Shown one piece after another: positions 31,019-41,438 of a DNA stretch of 64,000 nt. A model generated the notes under the pieces. It made no database searches. It worked only from the letters and a program-made list of their open reading frames with translations, and was not told the origin of the DNA. The DNA lies in the NCBI GenBank assembly GCA_016839705.1, contig JAEOTR010000014.1, positions 32,001 to 96,000 of the forward strand, given 5' to 3'. The translations under genes and the position numbers were made by a program. This stretch comes from Promethearchaeota archaeon (GTDB lineage: Archaea > Asgardarchaeota > Lokiarchaeia > Sigyniarchaeales > SOKP01). Numbering within the stretch: the stretch's first letter is position 1; each line of letters begins with the position of its first letter.

Positions 31019-31777
31019 TTGTTAATGCCTGTTGAACCTAAAATCGCTTCCACGGTAATTCTATTACGTGAACGAGAGCCAGACTTAGAATCTGAGGATG
31101 ATTGTGAATTTGAAGTATTCATGGCTAAAAGACATGAAAACGCGAGATTTATGAGTGAACATCACGTCTTCCCCGGTGGTGGAATCGACGAACAAGACTT
31201 AACCGAAGAATCAAGAGCAAGGTTAGTAGGAATTGATGAAAAAGTTATTAATAAGTTAAAAGAAATATGTGAAGATCCAGCTAATCTTTGGATAATTGCA
31301 ATCCGTGAGTTATTTGAAGAAACGGGGGTTTTAATCGCTATTAATAAAACAGGAAATCCACAAGGAATAATTGAAGAAACACCCAAGAAAGTAAAGAAAT
31401 ATCAGAAGAATCTTCAAAAAAAACGCAGAACTATGACAAGTGTTTTAAAAAGGGAAAATCTTTATTATGCGGGGAATAATTTAAGGTATTTTGGAAGACT
31501 GGTGACTCCAGAAATATCCCCTATTAGATTTGATACACAATTCTTTTTATGCAAATTTCCCAAAAATCAGAACATTAATTTATTTAATGATGAATTAACA
31601 GAGTGTTTATGGGGATCTCCAAAACATTTACTTGAGCTTTTTAAAAAAAAACAAATAAAATTAATATTCCCTCAATATTCCACACTCCAGCGATTGAAAG
31701 AGTTTAGAACTATTCAAGAGGTATTTGAAAATTCAAAAGAAGTGTCTAGTCATAATCGACTGAATGATTTCCAATAG
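31019..31777 (+). CDS. NUDIX hydrolase (NUDT19-like)
   Basis: VFPGG...AIRELFEETG split Nudix box, TP...RFDTQFF, FPQ. Confidence 0.85.
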   Translation: MLMPVEPKIASTVILLREREPDLESEDDCEFEVFMAKRHENARFMSEHHVFPGGGIDEQDLTEESRARLVGIDEKVINKLKEICEDPANLWIIAIRELFEETGVLIAINKTGNPQGIIEETPKKVKKYQKNLQKKRRTMTSVLKRENLYYAGNNLRYFGRLVTPEISPIRFDTQFFLCKFPKNQNINLFNDELTECLWGSPKHLLELFKKKQIKLIFPQYSTLQRLKEFRTIQEVFENSKEVSSHNRLNDFQ

Positions 31778-31842
31778 AGATTTTGGTAGGTTATAAGAAG
31801 GGTCTTCTTTTAGATTTTTTTAAGCAAAACAAAATTTAGGCT

Positions 31843-32202
31843 TTAGTACATTAAAATGCCAGTTTGTTGAGTTTCATTAAATATTTCGTTAGCTTTTATA
31901 AACAGATAAGTTTTTTCCCATAATTCGGAATTGACTCTTATAAGTTTTCCACTAACTTTTATAGCATCCCCAACACTTACATAACATAATTTTGAGCATT
32001 TAACCACGATAGTTGAATTTGCCTTTAATATTTCACCTTTCGCTTTTTTAAAGGTGAATTCAATATCTTCAGTAAGTACTATGGGAAAGATTAACCTATG
32101 ACGCACATAATCACCAGGAGACAAAACTGCATATATAGGTTTATCTTTTACTAAACCTCTAATAATTATCCCACTTTCTTTACTTGCTTCAGCAACAGAC
32201 AT
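31843..32202 (-). CDS. Hypothetical protein (OB-fold-like)
   Basis: Beta-rich, with a VGDAIKVSG motif. Confidence 0.6.
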   Translation of the reverse strand: MSVAEASKESGIIIRGLVKDKPIYAVLSPGDYVRHRLIFPIVLTEDIEFTFKKAKGEILKANSTIVVKCSKLCYVSVGDAIKVSGKLIRVNSELWEKTYLFIKANEIFNETQQTGILMY

Positions 32203-32372
32203 ACATCAATTTCACTACTATTTTAATATAATATTTATCGAGATTTTATTTATCAATTATCTTTTTTTCTAAAAAATCTTATAGATATTATCTTAAAGAA
32301 GACAATTGCCATAATTAAAAAAAGATAGTTTTATTTAGTAACTAATTCAATTAGAATAGAAGGTGAATTGTT

Positions 32373-33452
32373 TTGACTTTAAAAACGAATATTACCGAAA
32401 TGTTTGGAGTTAAGCATCCAATCGCAAATGCAGCTATGGGTCCTTTTAGAACAACCGAAATGGCAATAGCAGTCGCAGAGGCTGGCGGACTTGGCATGAT
32501 CTCTCATGCAAACCAATCCATGGATGGAAGAGAAATAGATGCGATTGTTGCTATGAAGAAAAATCTTGATTACGTCGTTGAACATACTGATGGGATTTTT
32601 GGATTCAATATAAGAACTTCGAGAAATACAATAAATTGTGATAATTTGATTTCGGAAACTGCAAAGCATATAATGGGAAATCCCAAATTGAAAGAACAAT
32701 GCCTGTATGCGCTCACCAGTGCGGGTTCAGCATCCAGAATGCCCCAAAATAAGGATTTTCAAAAATTAAGGGAAAATTCACAAGTTAAGCACTTCCATGT
32801 TGCCCCTGCACTTTGGTTGGCAGACAAGTGTGTGGCTGCGGGATGTGACGGACTTGTCGTAACAGGTTTTGAAGGGGGAGGACACCAATCATATGAAAAA
32901 GTTGGTGGGATAGTTTTATTGCAGCAGGTACAGCAGAAGCACCCAGATATCCCAAAAATCGCGTGTGGTGGATATGCTACAGGTGACGGTATGGCAGCTG
33001 CCTTATCCATAGGTGCAGGAGGCATTGCTATGGGATCGAGGTTCATCGCGTCGAAGGATGCCGAATTTCATGAAAACTACAAAAATGTAATTCCCCCAGC
33101 AAAAGCTCAAGATACTATTGTGAGAACGGGAGGTTTAGGAACTATTAGACTCTGGAAGAACAAATTTTCATTGGCAAAAGGATTAGTAAAAACTAAAGAA
33201 GAAAAAATGGCTGAGGAACAAGCATTACGAGACCACCGAACCGTCATATCACAAGAAGAACTCCGAGAAGAATTAAGAAGAGATGCAATTGCAGGTTTTG
33301 CCGCCTATGAAGGCGATGTAGAGAACGGTTATGTGTTATTAGGGCAGAGTATTGGTATTATAAACAAAATCGAAAGTATCTCGGACATCATCGAAAATGT
33401 TATAAAGGGTGCAGAAAAAGCGTTAAAAAAAGCCATTACATATGTGGGATAA
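32373..33452 (+). CDS. Nitronate monooxygenase / FabK-like flavoprotein
   Basis: HPIANAAMG, AEAGGLG, EGGGH, ACGG, MGSRF, GQSIG; GGTGA SD upstream. Confidence 0.9.
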   Translation: MTLKTNITEMFGVKHPIANAAMGPFRTTEMAIAVAEAGGLGMISHANQSMDGREIDAIVAMKKNLDYVVEHTDGIFGFNIRTSRNTINCDNLISETAKHIMGNPKLKEQCLYALTSAGSASRMPQNKDFQKLRENSQVKHFHVAPALWLADKCVAAGCDGLVVTGFEGGGHQSYEKVGGIVLLQQVQQKHPDIPKIACGGYATGDGMAAALSIGAGGIAMGSRFIASKDAEFHENYKNVIPPAKAQDTIVRTGGLGTIRLWKNKFSLAKGLVKTKEEKMAEEQALRDHRTVISQEELREELRRDAIAGFAAYEGDVENGYVLLGQSIGIINKIESISDIIENVIKGAEKALKKAITYVG

Positions 33453-33503
33453 CTCTCCTTTTTTTACTATTTAAATTATTTTTTTTTATTTATACTATCA
33501 TTC

Positions 33504-33833
33504 TCACTTCCCAGCTTGGGAGAGCTCCGTTGCGCTACCTTCAGTGCAATAATGTCCCCAGCGAAGACTCATTGTTTTAGTAATTGGACACTGTCCACAT
33601 AAACAAGCTTTCTTTTCAATTATTAGGGAACTCTTCCCCTCCATACAAAAAGCAAGCATTTCTTCTCCAGTTCCCTCATAACTCGGACATTTTCCGCAAT
33701 ACTCCCTACACATATATATTATTTGTTCACGACTATCCCTCTTTTCTTTCTCGGACATCTTGCTGTATAGCAATTTCATTTTTTCTTCAAAAGTAGTAGC
33801 TTTATAATACTCTTCCGACATTCGTATCATCAC
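33504..33833 (-). CDS. DUF2769-like Cys-rich protein
   Basis: CGKCPSY...FC..G.S...CLCGQCP...YC..G. Confidence 0.75.
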   Translation of the reverse strand: MMIRMSEEYYKATTFEEKMKLLYSKMSEKEKRDSREQIIYMCREYCGKCPSYEGTGEEMLAFCMEGKSSLIIEKKACLCGQCPITKTMSLRWGHYCTEGSATELSQAGK

Positions 33834-34234
33834 ACTTTTTTGTTTGTGAATTTGATGTAATTATGATTTAAGATGAAAATTTTTTAAGTTTTATTGAACT
33901 TCAAAAATCAAATTGGGTGTTGAACTGATGAAATTCCTTCAACTTTAGTTATTTTTTCTATGCAAAAAACGAGAAAATCCTAAATAAAAATAGTTTTTTT
34001 AACATTCTTCAATCCTGAAAAAATAGTTTTACTTTCAGATAATTAAGAACAAATGGTAAATAGGTTTAAATTCCTCATTTTTAAATAATTAACAGAATTT
34101 CAATATTGTACTTTTCACTAAATTTTCATTGAATTCAGACTCTGAATTTACTATCCCATTCTATATTATTATGTATTTCTCAATATTCATAGAAAAAATC
34201 ATAAATAATCTAATATTTTGAACGATATAAAGAA

Positions 34235-35887
34235 ATGAAGAGACAATTTGTCGTTATATTGTCTAAGAATTGGTATAAAAAAATGAGTAATTCCGTTATT
34301 AAAATTGTTGATTTATTTTATAATCCAAAATCAGTCGCAGTAATTGGTGCTTCAAAGGTTCCTATGAAAGGTGGAAACCGTATAGTTCATAATCTACACT
34401 CAAATGGCTACAAAGGTCAGATTTATCCTGTTAATCCCAACTATACTGAAGAAGATGATCTATGCGGTTTCAAATTCAATAAATCTGTTTTAGATATTGA
34501 AGGGGAGGTAGATCTTGCCATTTTTTATGTAAACAATCGAATTGTAACTGATGTTCTAAAAGATTGTGTCAAGAAAGGAATAAAAGCAGCCATAATACAA
34601 AGTGCTGGTTTTGAGGAAGTGGGGGAAGAAGGGTTAAAATTAAGGGATGAAATCGCAGCGATTACCGAAAATTTCTCCAAGTTACATATTGTTGGTCCTA
34701 ACTGTATGGGAATCAGTCGGTTCGATGGGGATTTCGGTGATAAAGAAGGAGGTTTCTTCACTGGACAATTTACTCTCACGAATTATAAAAAAGGTAATGT
34801 TGCGATCATCACCCAAAGTGGTTTCTTGAATGGCGGAATAGCACCACTAATTTTTCGTCAGTACCCAAATCTAGGTTTTCGGTACATTGTTTCAATTGGA
34901 AACAAGATGGATTTGGGAGAAAATGAGTTTTTAGAATACATTTTAGAAGATGATACTGTAAACGTCATTGCACTATATTTAGAGTCATTTAAAGACCCTA
35001 GAAAATTCATCTCTTTATGTAGAAAAGCAAAACAACTACCCAAGAAAACTATTATCCTTCTAAAAGGGGGAAAAACAAGCCAAGGGATGAAAGCAGCTTC
35101 TAGTCACACAGGTGCTTTAGCTGAAAATGAAAAATTAATTGATGCTATCATTAAACAAGCAGGAGTTATTCAAGCAGATAATTTTTTTGAAATGTTCCAA
35201 TTTCTAAGAACGTTTTCTATGATGTATAAATCCGATAAAAAATTCCCTAGAGAAGGAAATATCGCTCTTGTTGTCGGGAGTGGAGGTATGGGAACTGTAA
35301 TGGGAGATGTTGCAATGAAATACGGTTTGAAGTTCCCGGAATTTGGTGAGAAAAGTTATAACATTCTTAAAAGTGTATTCCCGGATTGGATGCCTCCAAA
35401 TCGATTTGCTCTCGTTGATGCTTGGCCTACGATGGAGAAAGCAATGATGGATGCTGCCAAAAAAGCCAAAAACACTGCTAAACAATCAACTGAAAAAACT
35501 AACGGAAATGAAAAAAATAGGAATCCATTTCGTATGATGGGTTCTTCTGGAAATGTTATGCAAGTAATTCAACAAGCAGTATTAGAAGAGCCTAAAATAG
35601 AAGGATTGTTTACATCAATGCCAGGTGGTCCAAGAAGTCATGGAGGAACAATGGATTTTATGAAACCGATGCTGGAACGCATAGCACAATACCCAAAACC
35701 TATCTTCTTTTATTCTGTGATGGAAAGTGAGGGATCTTTAGAAATGTTACGGTTATATGGTAAGTATAACATTCCCTTATTTACCAGAACTGAAGATGTT
35801 GCTAAGAATTTTGCGATTTTGGTTCAAGAAACAAAGAACAAAGAAAAATTTTCAAAAACACTTGAACCATTAATTTCGGATAAATAG
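34235..35887 (+). CDS. ADP-forming acyl-CoA synthetase alpha subunit (acetate--CoA ligase family)
   Basis: PKSVAVIGAS, GPNCMG, TQSG, SIGNKMD, LYLES, phospho-His motif SHTGALA. Confidence 0.9.
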   Translation: MKRQFVVILSKNWYKKMSNSVIKIVDLFYNPKSVAVIGASKVPMKGGNRIVHNLHSNGYKGQIYPVNPNYTEEDDLCGFKFNKSVLDIEGEVDLAIFYVNNRIVTDVLKDCVKKGIKAAIIQSAGFEEVGEEGLKLRDEIAAITENFSKLHIVGPNCMGISRFDGDFGDKEGGFFTGQFTLTNYKKGNVAIITQSGFLNGGIAPLIFRQYPNLGFRYIVSIGNKMDLGENEFLEYILEDDTVNVIALYLESFKDPRKFISLCRKAKQLPKKTIILLKGGKTSQGMKAASSHTGALAENEKLIDAIIKQAGVIQADNFFEMFQFLRTFSMMYKSDKKFPREGNIALVVGSGGMGTVMGDVAMKYGLKFPEFGEKSYNILKSVFPDWMPPNRFALVDAWPTMEKAMMDAAKKAKNTAKQSTEKTNGNEKNRNPFRMMGSSGNVMQVIQQAVLEEPKIEGLFTSMPGGPRSHGGTMDFMKPMLERIAQYPKPIFFYSVMESEGSLEMLRLYGKYNIPLFTRTEDVAKNFAILVQETKNKEKFSKTLEPLISDK

Positions 35888-36004
35888 AGATACATTTTAA
35901 ACTCATCCGAAATTTTTAGATAATATAACAGATACTTTTTTATAGATTTAAGTTTAATATTGGAATGTCATTAAATAAGAGTTATATGAAGTTCTATAAT
36001 CTGT

Positions 36005-36928
36005 TTGAAAAAAAAGGAGATGTGTATTATATTGGATGATATTGAAATAAAAGATGGAAAAATGTTTGGTGGCTGGCGAGCTCCTGAAAACCTGTATAGA
36101 GGTTTAAAAACCTCGATTCATGACGACAATGTTGCACAAAAAGTTGGAATGCGCGGTGGAACCATCCCTGGTACGATACATTTAAGTTTGTTTGCACCTT
36201 TAGGTCAGAAAATATTTGGCAATAGATGGTTCGAGAAAGGAACAGTGAGTATGTATTATACCTATGCAACTATCGATAAGGAGGAGGTTAGAGCAATTAT
36301 TGAATTACCTGAAGGTACTACAAAAGATTCCTTACCCCTTACAGCAGATGATGTTCAATGTAAAGCTTGGGGTGAGCTGAGAAGCGGACAACAAATTATG
36401 ATGGGAACCATATCTATAGATAATCCAAAAGAACCTTCATATCTACAATCACTTGAGTTAAAAAACAGCCCACCTGAGGAATTGCGTATTTTAGAGGGAT
36501 ATAAAGTAGGACAGGAATTTGGTCCTGAGGAAGTTTTAATTTCTCAAGATGCTGCTATTAAGGGATTGCCAGGTATAACTGATAGGCTGGAATATTACAA
36601 GGAAGGATCTCCATGGGGAAATTCTATTCTATCTCCAAGTGCGTCGTTTGGTGTAATGACGATGGGTTTAACAGCGTATAATAAGACATGGGATAAAGGT
36701 GTTCCTTTTTTCGGTGCTACTGAGGTAAAATATATAAATGGACCGATACTTGTTGATGTACCATATATTGCAAAAGGTAACATCGCTAGCGCAGGTGTTT
36801 CCCGCAAAACTGAGTATTATTGGCTTGATGCTACCTTAGAAGAAAAAGAAACAGGGAAATTAGTAGCGTCAATGCGTCATATGAACAGATATATGAAAGC
36901 TGGTTCACCAGTGTATAAAGATCAATAA
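36005..36928 (+). CDS. Double hot-dog (MaoC-like dehydratase) protein
   Basis: SIHDD..AQKVG.RGG...G..H hydratase-like motif; SPWG; second hot-dog half. Confidence 0.65.
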   Translation: MKKKEMCIILDDIEIKDGKMFGGWRAPENLYRGLKTSIHDDNVAQKVGMRGGTIPGTIHLSLFAPLGQKIFGNRWFEKGTVSMYYTYATIDKEEVRAIIELPEGTTKDSLPLTADDVQCKAWGELRSGQQIMMGTISIDNPKEPSYLQSLELKNSPPEELRILEGYKVGQEFGPEEVLISQDAAIKGLPGITDRLEYYKEGSPWGNSILSPSASFGVMTMGLTAYNKTWDKGVPFFGATEVKYINGPILVDVPYIAKGNIASAGVSRKTEYYWLDATLEEKETGKLVASMRHMNRYMKAGSPVYKDQ

Positions 36929-36952
36929 TTTTTTTTTTAATTTATATTAAAT

Positions 36953-37290
36953 TCACGGCTTTTCTTCTTTATATTTATATTCTACTCTTCTTGAGGATTT
37001 TTTCTTATAAATCAAAATTATCACAATAATTATTATTATAGAGACGGTAACAACTACAACCAGTGCTATCATTGTAGGGGAAATAGGATTAACAACGCTA
37101 GGAATCCCCTCTGTATTTTTGCTATTCCCGCTGAAAATGTTATTTGAAATGAAATAGTCTTCACTATGATATACATGAATGCCAACATTGTTATTGGTTA
37201 TCGTGTTTCCCGTGATTCTGTTATTACTACCATAACTTATCTGGATTCCATCGTAATTAGAATCCATAATATTCCTAATACTCACATCAA
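36953..37290 (-). pseudogene. C-terminal remnant of a NosD/parallel beta-helix surface protein
   Basis: GIQISYGSNNRITGNTITNNNVGIHVYHSEDYFISNNIFSGN repeats plus C-terminal TM anchor and basic tail; no signal peptide. The ORF's 5' part overlaps the divergent gene. Confidence 0.6.
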
Positions 37291-37332
37291 AATCTAAGTT
37301 AAAATGAATAATTAATAGAAGGTGAAAAAAAA

Positions 37333-37662
37333 ATGGTATTAATGGTGGTAACTTCATATTTCCCAATTGATAAAGCAAGTGAGGCAGCGAAAAGTTATAT
37401 TAAAAGTTTACAAAAATATCCCCCAGATGCATCATTAGCTAAGACACTTACCATAGGAGTAAGAGCAACCAAGGATGGTTATAAAGTTATAGGAATTGGC
37501 GATGTAGTAAAAGGAAAATATGAAGAAGCGTTACTCCGACAAATTCAGAGTGCGCAAGAGTTTAATGCAGGTATCGAGGGATATAGATACAAAATAGAAA
37601 CTTTCATGGATATAACAGAAGCCATGCCAATAGTAGGAATAGAAGCCCCTGAAGACAGGTAA
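37333..37662 (+). CDS. Hypothetical protein
   Basis: GGTGA SD followed by ATG; 109 aa. Confidence 0.7.
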   Translation: MVLMVVTSYFPIDKASEAAKSYIKSLQKYPPDASLAKTLTIGVRATKDGYKVIGIGDVVKGKYEEALLRQIQSAQEFNAGIEGYRYKIETFMDITEAMPIVGIEAPEDR

Positions 37663-37725
37663 CTAATCCAAAAAACCTCTCAAATTTTTTTTTTATATAT
37701 TTTTTTCCATACCTTTACCATTACT

Positions 37726-38172
37726 ATGAAAGTCGAAAGAAAAATTATTATTCGGAACAAACAGTTGAGAAGGATAAGATATAATCTTAGAGAGATTATT
37801 ATTAGAGCTGTTTATGATGAAATAGAAAGGTTGAGTTCAATCTCTGACCTATATGGACCGATACTTGATCTAACCCCAGCTGAAGAAAAAGAAGTGTACT
37901 TTCTAGAAGGAACAAAGCATAATCTTTCGAGTGCATTGAATAATTCGATTTGTGTTTGCCCTTTATGCACTAGAGCGGATAAAGATATGATATACATTCC
38001 TAAACATGAAACGTGGTATTGCATTGAATGTCAAGAAAAAGGGCTTATTTGGTATCCCTGTCACGGAAGTGAAGAGGATAGGTGGCAGAATGATTATATT
38101 AATATGTATTATGAATTAAAAGATAAATTCGAGAAAAAGTATTTAAACAAAGGAGATTTTAATTTAGGTTAA
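37726..38172 (+). CDS. Hypothetical zinc-finger protein
   Basis: CPLC...WYCIEC. Confidence 0.65.
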   Translation: MKVERKIIIRNKQLRRIRYNLREIIIRAVYDEIERLSSISDLYGPILDLTPAEEKEVYFLEGTKHNLSSALNNSICVCPLCTRADKDMIYIPKHETWYCIECQEKGLIWYPCHGSEEDRWQNDYINMYYELKDKFEKKYLNKGDFNLG

Positions 38173-38216
38173 TAGGTTAATGGGATCTTGGAATGAGATA
38201 ATTTCCTCAGAGATAA

Positions 38217-38618
38217 TTAAACTCTCCTCCCACGATGTCCACCCTTGCGCCTACAATGGTCATGTGATCTAGGTGTGACTTCTTCAATCCTTCCGACTTG
38301 TAAACCTGAACGTGCGAGTGCACGAATACAAGCTTGAGCTCCAGGTCCAGGAGTTTGACTTTTATTTCCACCAGGGGCTCGAACTTTAATATGAATGCCC
38401 AGAATTCCTTTATCTCGAAGGTCGTTAGCAACACGGAATCCACATTGCATCGCGGCATAGGGGGAAGATTCATCGCGGCTAGCTTTAACCACCATACCGG
38501 CGGTACATTTTGCGAATGTTTCAGCACCACTTAAATCGGTGGCAGTAACAAGGGTGTTGTTATAACTCGAAAAAATATGGACAATTGCCCATTTTCTATC
38601 ATCATTTCTTCTGCTCAT
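38217..38618 (-). CDS. rps11: 30S ribosomal protein uS11 (archaeal)
   Basis: [41 protein letters not shown]. Confidence 0.97.
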   Translation of the reverse strand: MSRRNDDRKWAIVHIFSSYNNTLVTATDLSGAETFAKCTAGMVVKASRDESSPYAAMQCGFRVANDLRDKGILGIHIKVRAPGGNKSQTPGPGAQACIRALARSGLQVGRIEEVTPRSHDHCRRKGGHRGRRV

Positions 38619-39136
38619 TATGCTTCACTTTTGGTGGTAGTTTCTTTAGGTTTTGAGAGGGGGCTATTAGGGGTAAAATCAATAAAGTCTTCTTCTTTCA
38701 GTTTAACGAGATATGAAGGGGCATTAATTTTTTTTCCTAGGATTTGAATGTGACCATGAACGATATATTGTCGTGCTTGGTGTGGAGTGCTTGCCAATCC
38801 TTTCTCAAATACAAGTGTTTGTAATCTTCTTTTAAGAACGTCTTCTACTGTCAAAAGAAGGACGTCTTCGAATTCTGCTTCCGCCCCGATGATGCCTAAT
38901 TTGTTTAATTTCCTAATTAAATCTTGTTGGACCTCGATAGCTTTCTCTCTAGTTAATCTTCTAGATTGTCTAGCAAGGTTTCGCCAATCGGCGAGTATCG
39001 TTCTAGCTTTCCAGTATTCTCGTTTATTTCTTAGACCATATTTACCCAAAAATTCAAGCTCTTCCAATATTCTTTCTTTTTGGAAGGGATGTTTTGGTTT
39101 CCTAAACTTCTTCTTTAAGCGCCTTGGATCTCCCAT
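38618..39136 (-). CDS. rps4: 30S ribosomal protein uS4 (archaeal)
   Basis: [28 protein letters not shown]; GGTGA SD before the ATG at 39136. Confidence 0.97.
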   Translation of the reverse strand: MGDPRRLKKKFRKPKHPFQKERILEELEFLGKYGLRNKREYWKARTILADWRNLARQSRRLTREKAIEVQQDLIRKLNKLGIIGAEAEFEDVLLLTVEDVLKRRLQTLVFEKGLASTPHQARQYIVHGHIQILGKKINAPSYLVKLKEEDFIDFTPNSPLSKPKETTTKSEA

Positions 39137-39149
39137 ATTTTCACCTTTT

Positions 39150-39641
39150 TCAACTTGGTGGTTGTCCTTTCTTTCTTCGCATAACTCCAACTACTAGGCC
39201 ATGACGACCAGTGCTTCTTGTTCTTTGACCACGTACTTTCAATCTTAGATGATGGCGAACACCTTTATAAGATTTAATTTTTTTCATTCTATCTATGTCT
39301 CTTTTAAGGGAAATATCAAGTCTATTTCCTATAATATGAAGATCCTCACCAGTACGCAAGTCCTTTTTTCTATTTACCATCCAATTTGGAATGCCATTTT
39401 TAACTGGATCTAAAATAATTTCTTCAATTCTATTTAAGTCTTTTTCTGGTATTGCACCAATCCTTATATTAGGATTTATCTTTGCGACATGTACGACTGC
39501 TTGGGCAAATCTCATTCCAACTCCTCTAATTTGGGTCAATCCATATTCTACTTTTGCATTTCCATCTACTTGCGCACGGAGTTGTCTGAAGAAAACTTTT
39601 TCACGAAAATTTTTTGGTCTAAGCGGAGATACAGAACTCAT
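39150..39641 (-). CDS. rps13: 30S ribosomal protein uS13 (archaeal)
   Basis: IRGVG, IPNWMVNRKKD, SYKGVRH..LKVRGQRTRSTGR. Confidence 0.97.
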   Translation of the reverse strand: MSSVSPLRPKNFREKVFFRQLRAQVDGNAKVEYGLTQIRGVGMRFAQAVVHVAKINPNIRIGAIPEKDLNRIEEIILDPVKNGIPNWMVNRKKDLRTGEDLHIIGNRLDISLKRDIDRMKKIKSYKGVRHHLRLKVRGQRTRSTGRHGLVVGVMRRKKGQPPS

Positions 39642-39839
39642 TTGAATTCAATCAATAATTAGTTTATTTAATATTTTGATTTAATGTTAGTAAATACAGA
39701 ATTTAATAATAAATTTTTGGTTTTCTCATAGAATCAGTAATATTCACTTCTTCTGTACATCTTATTATATTTACATTCAATTATTTTAAATTAGGTAGGA
39801 AATACAGGTAGAATAGGCAAATTCTAAAATATAACCAAC

Positions 39840-41339
39840 TCAATAATTAGGTACTCTCTTATTTTCTTCCAATCGTGTATTAATATGTTTTTTGCTATTA
39901 TTTTTCTTAGATCCCGCAATCCTTTGGAGTAGGGGTAACCCTGGTTTTACTTCTTCTAAAGGTTTTGATTCAATTAGATTGTTAGATATTAATTTTTCAT
40001 AAAGTTCTTTTCCCTTCATCGTTCTAATTAGTACAGTATTCCAGCCAGAAGGAGAGCCTATTGATCCGATTGAGATATCTGCAGATTCTGAAGTTAAGTC
40101 AAAACACATTTCACAATCTTCACGGCCTAGATGAGAAATTTCTTTGATGGGTATGTTTAATTCTTCACCACTATTCGTATACACGAAGAATTTACCTTTA
40201 TTAATATCCATTTTTTTAGCATTTTTAATATCTACCTTCAATTTCTCACAAATTTTTAAAAGAGATTCATATGAAAACGATTCCATACAAAATATTCCAA
40301 TCCGGTATTCAACATTATTCAAGGAAGGAAATCCTATATCATAGATTGTTGATTTTAAAAGAGCTTGAATCTGACAAGGAACACCCACCACAGCGATTTT
40401 TTTATTGTGGAGTTCACTTTGATTTAATATTTGCAGATTAGGATTATTAACATATTTAGTACCTGCCGTTGAAAAGATTTCTTCTTTACTTTTGAGTAAT
40501 ATTGGTTCAGGTCGCCATAAGGTATTACTCATTTTCGCTCCAATGGCAACATCTACTGCATTATTTTCTAAAAGGTAATGAAGGCAAGTGCTTGAAACAC
40601 CCCCATCTTGACAGATTTCTGATATTTCTTTTATTTTAGTACGAGCAGAATATGCTTCAAGAAAGAAGCCTACATTTTGATATTCTTTGATTTCAGAAGT
40701 GCTCTCTTGAGTCATATTCAAAACTCTCACGGGTAAGTATGTTCTAGGACATACAAAATAACACAGTCCACAGCGAATACACTTATCTTCATCAATTTTT
40801 CCGAAACCATTATAAATTTGAAGACAATTAACAGGGCATATTCCTGCACACAACCCGCAACCAGAACAGTTTTTTGTTTCAAAAATGATTTTAACTGGTT
40901 CATAAATAGGCTTTAATTGAGAAGTCTGCGTTTTATTTGGTTTTATTAAAAAATCCTTGAAGATGAGTTGTTCAGGATTATTCTCATATCCTTCAATCTT
41001 ATCATAAAGTTCTTCTGAGCTTACAAGATTTTCATTTTTTAGTAATTCTAAGAAGCTCAATGTTTTATTTAGTTCAATAGAATTCATTTCAGAAAATAGT
41101 TCGAGGGATTTTAAATTGCTCTCAGAATTTTGTTTTAAGAAGTTAAGAAGAGAATATTTTAATTTCTCTTCATCTAGCATTTTGATTAGTATAGTTTCAT
41201 ATTGGGATTCATCATAAATTCCCGCATCAAGTATATCTTGTTTTGCGTCAATTAATGCTCGAATTCTATATGAATCTAAGGCATCCGCTACATTTTTTAA
41301 ATAATCCCATGAAAAATTTTCTTCAATACTCATAATCAT
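39840..41339 (-). CDS. FrhB/FdhB-family F420-binding subunit with 2x[4Fe-4S] ferredoxin and an N-terminal extra domain
   Basis: CSGCGLCAGICP, CIRCGLCYFVCP, QDGG, AGTKY, GVPCQ, GIFCME, CEMC, ADISIGSIGSPSGW. Confidence 0.9.
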   Translation of the reverse strand: MIMSIEENFSWDYLKNVADALDSYRIRALIDAKQDILDAGIYDESQYETILIKMLDEEKLKYSLLNFLKQNSESNLKSLELFSEMNSIELNKTLSFLELLKNENLVSSEELYDKIEGYENNPEQLIFKDFLIKPNKTQTSQLKPIYEPVKIIFETKNCSGCGLCAGICPVNCLQIYNGFGKIDEDKCIRCGLCYFVCPRTYLPVRVLNMTQESTSEIKEYQNVGFFLEAYSARTKIKEISEICQDGGVSSTCLHYLLENNAVDVAIGAKMSNTLWRPEPILLKSKEEIFSTAGTKYVNNPNLQILNQSELHNKKIAVVGVPCQIQALLKSTIYDIGFPSLNNVEYRIGIFCMESFSYESLLKICEKLKVDIKNAKKMDINKGKFFVYTNSGEELNIPIKEISHLGREDCEMCFDLTSESADISIGSIGSPSGWNTVLIRTMKGKELYEKLISNNLIESKPLEEVKPGLPLLQRIAGSKKNNSKKHINTRLEENKRVPNY

Positions 41340-41367
41340 TCTTACAATATTTTTTAAAGTAAATTAT

Positions 41368-41438
41368 TCCGAAAACCCTTGCTATGGGTTAGTTCCTTCT
41401 CAACTATAATTTTTTTGAGAAGATCATTCTAATTCGGA
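41368..41438 (-). promoter_or_regulatory. Eukaryote-like SECIS element candidate (3' of mvhD)
   Basis: Minus strand: UUAG-AAUGA-U-CUUCUCAA-AAAAAUUAUAG-UUGAGAAG-GAA-CUAA. AUGA/GA core, 8-9 bp stem, A-rich apical loop; outer UCCGAA/UUCGGA pairing possible. Confidence 0.7.

Noticed and set aside
38207-39645. Alternative ORFs overlapping the ribosomal protein genes (and the many other short overlapping ORFs in the track)
   Set aside because: Antisense or out-of-frame shadows of well-supported genes, with no motifs.
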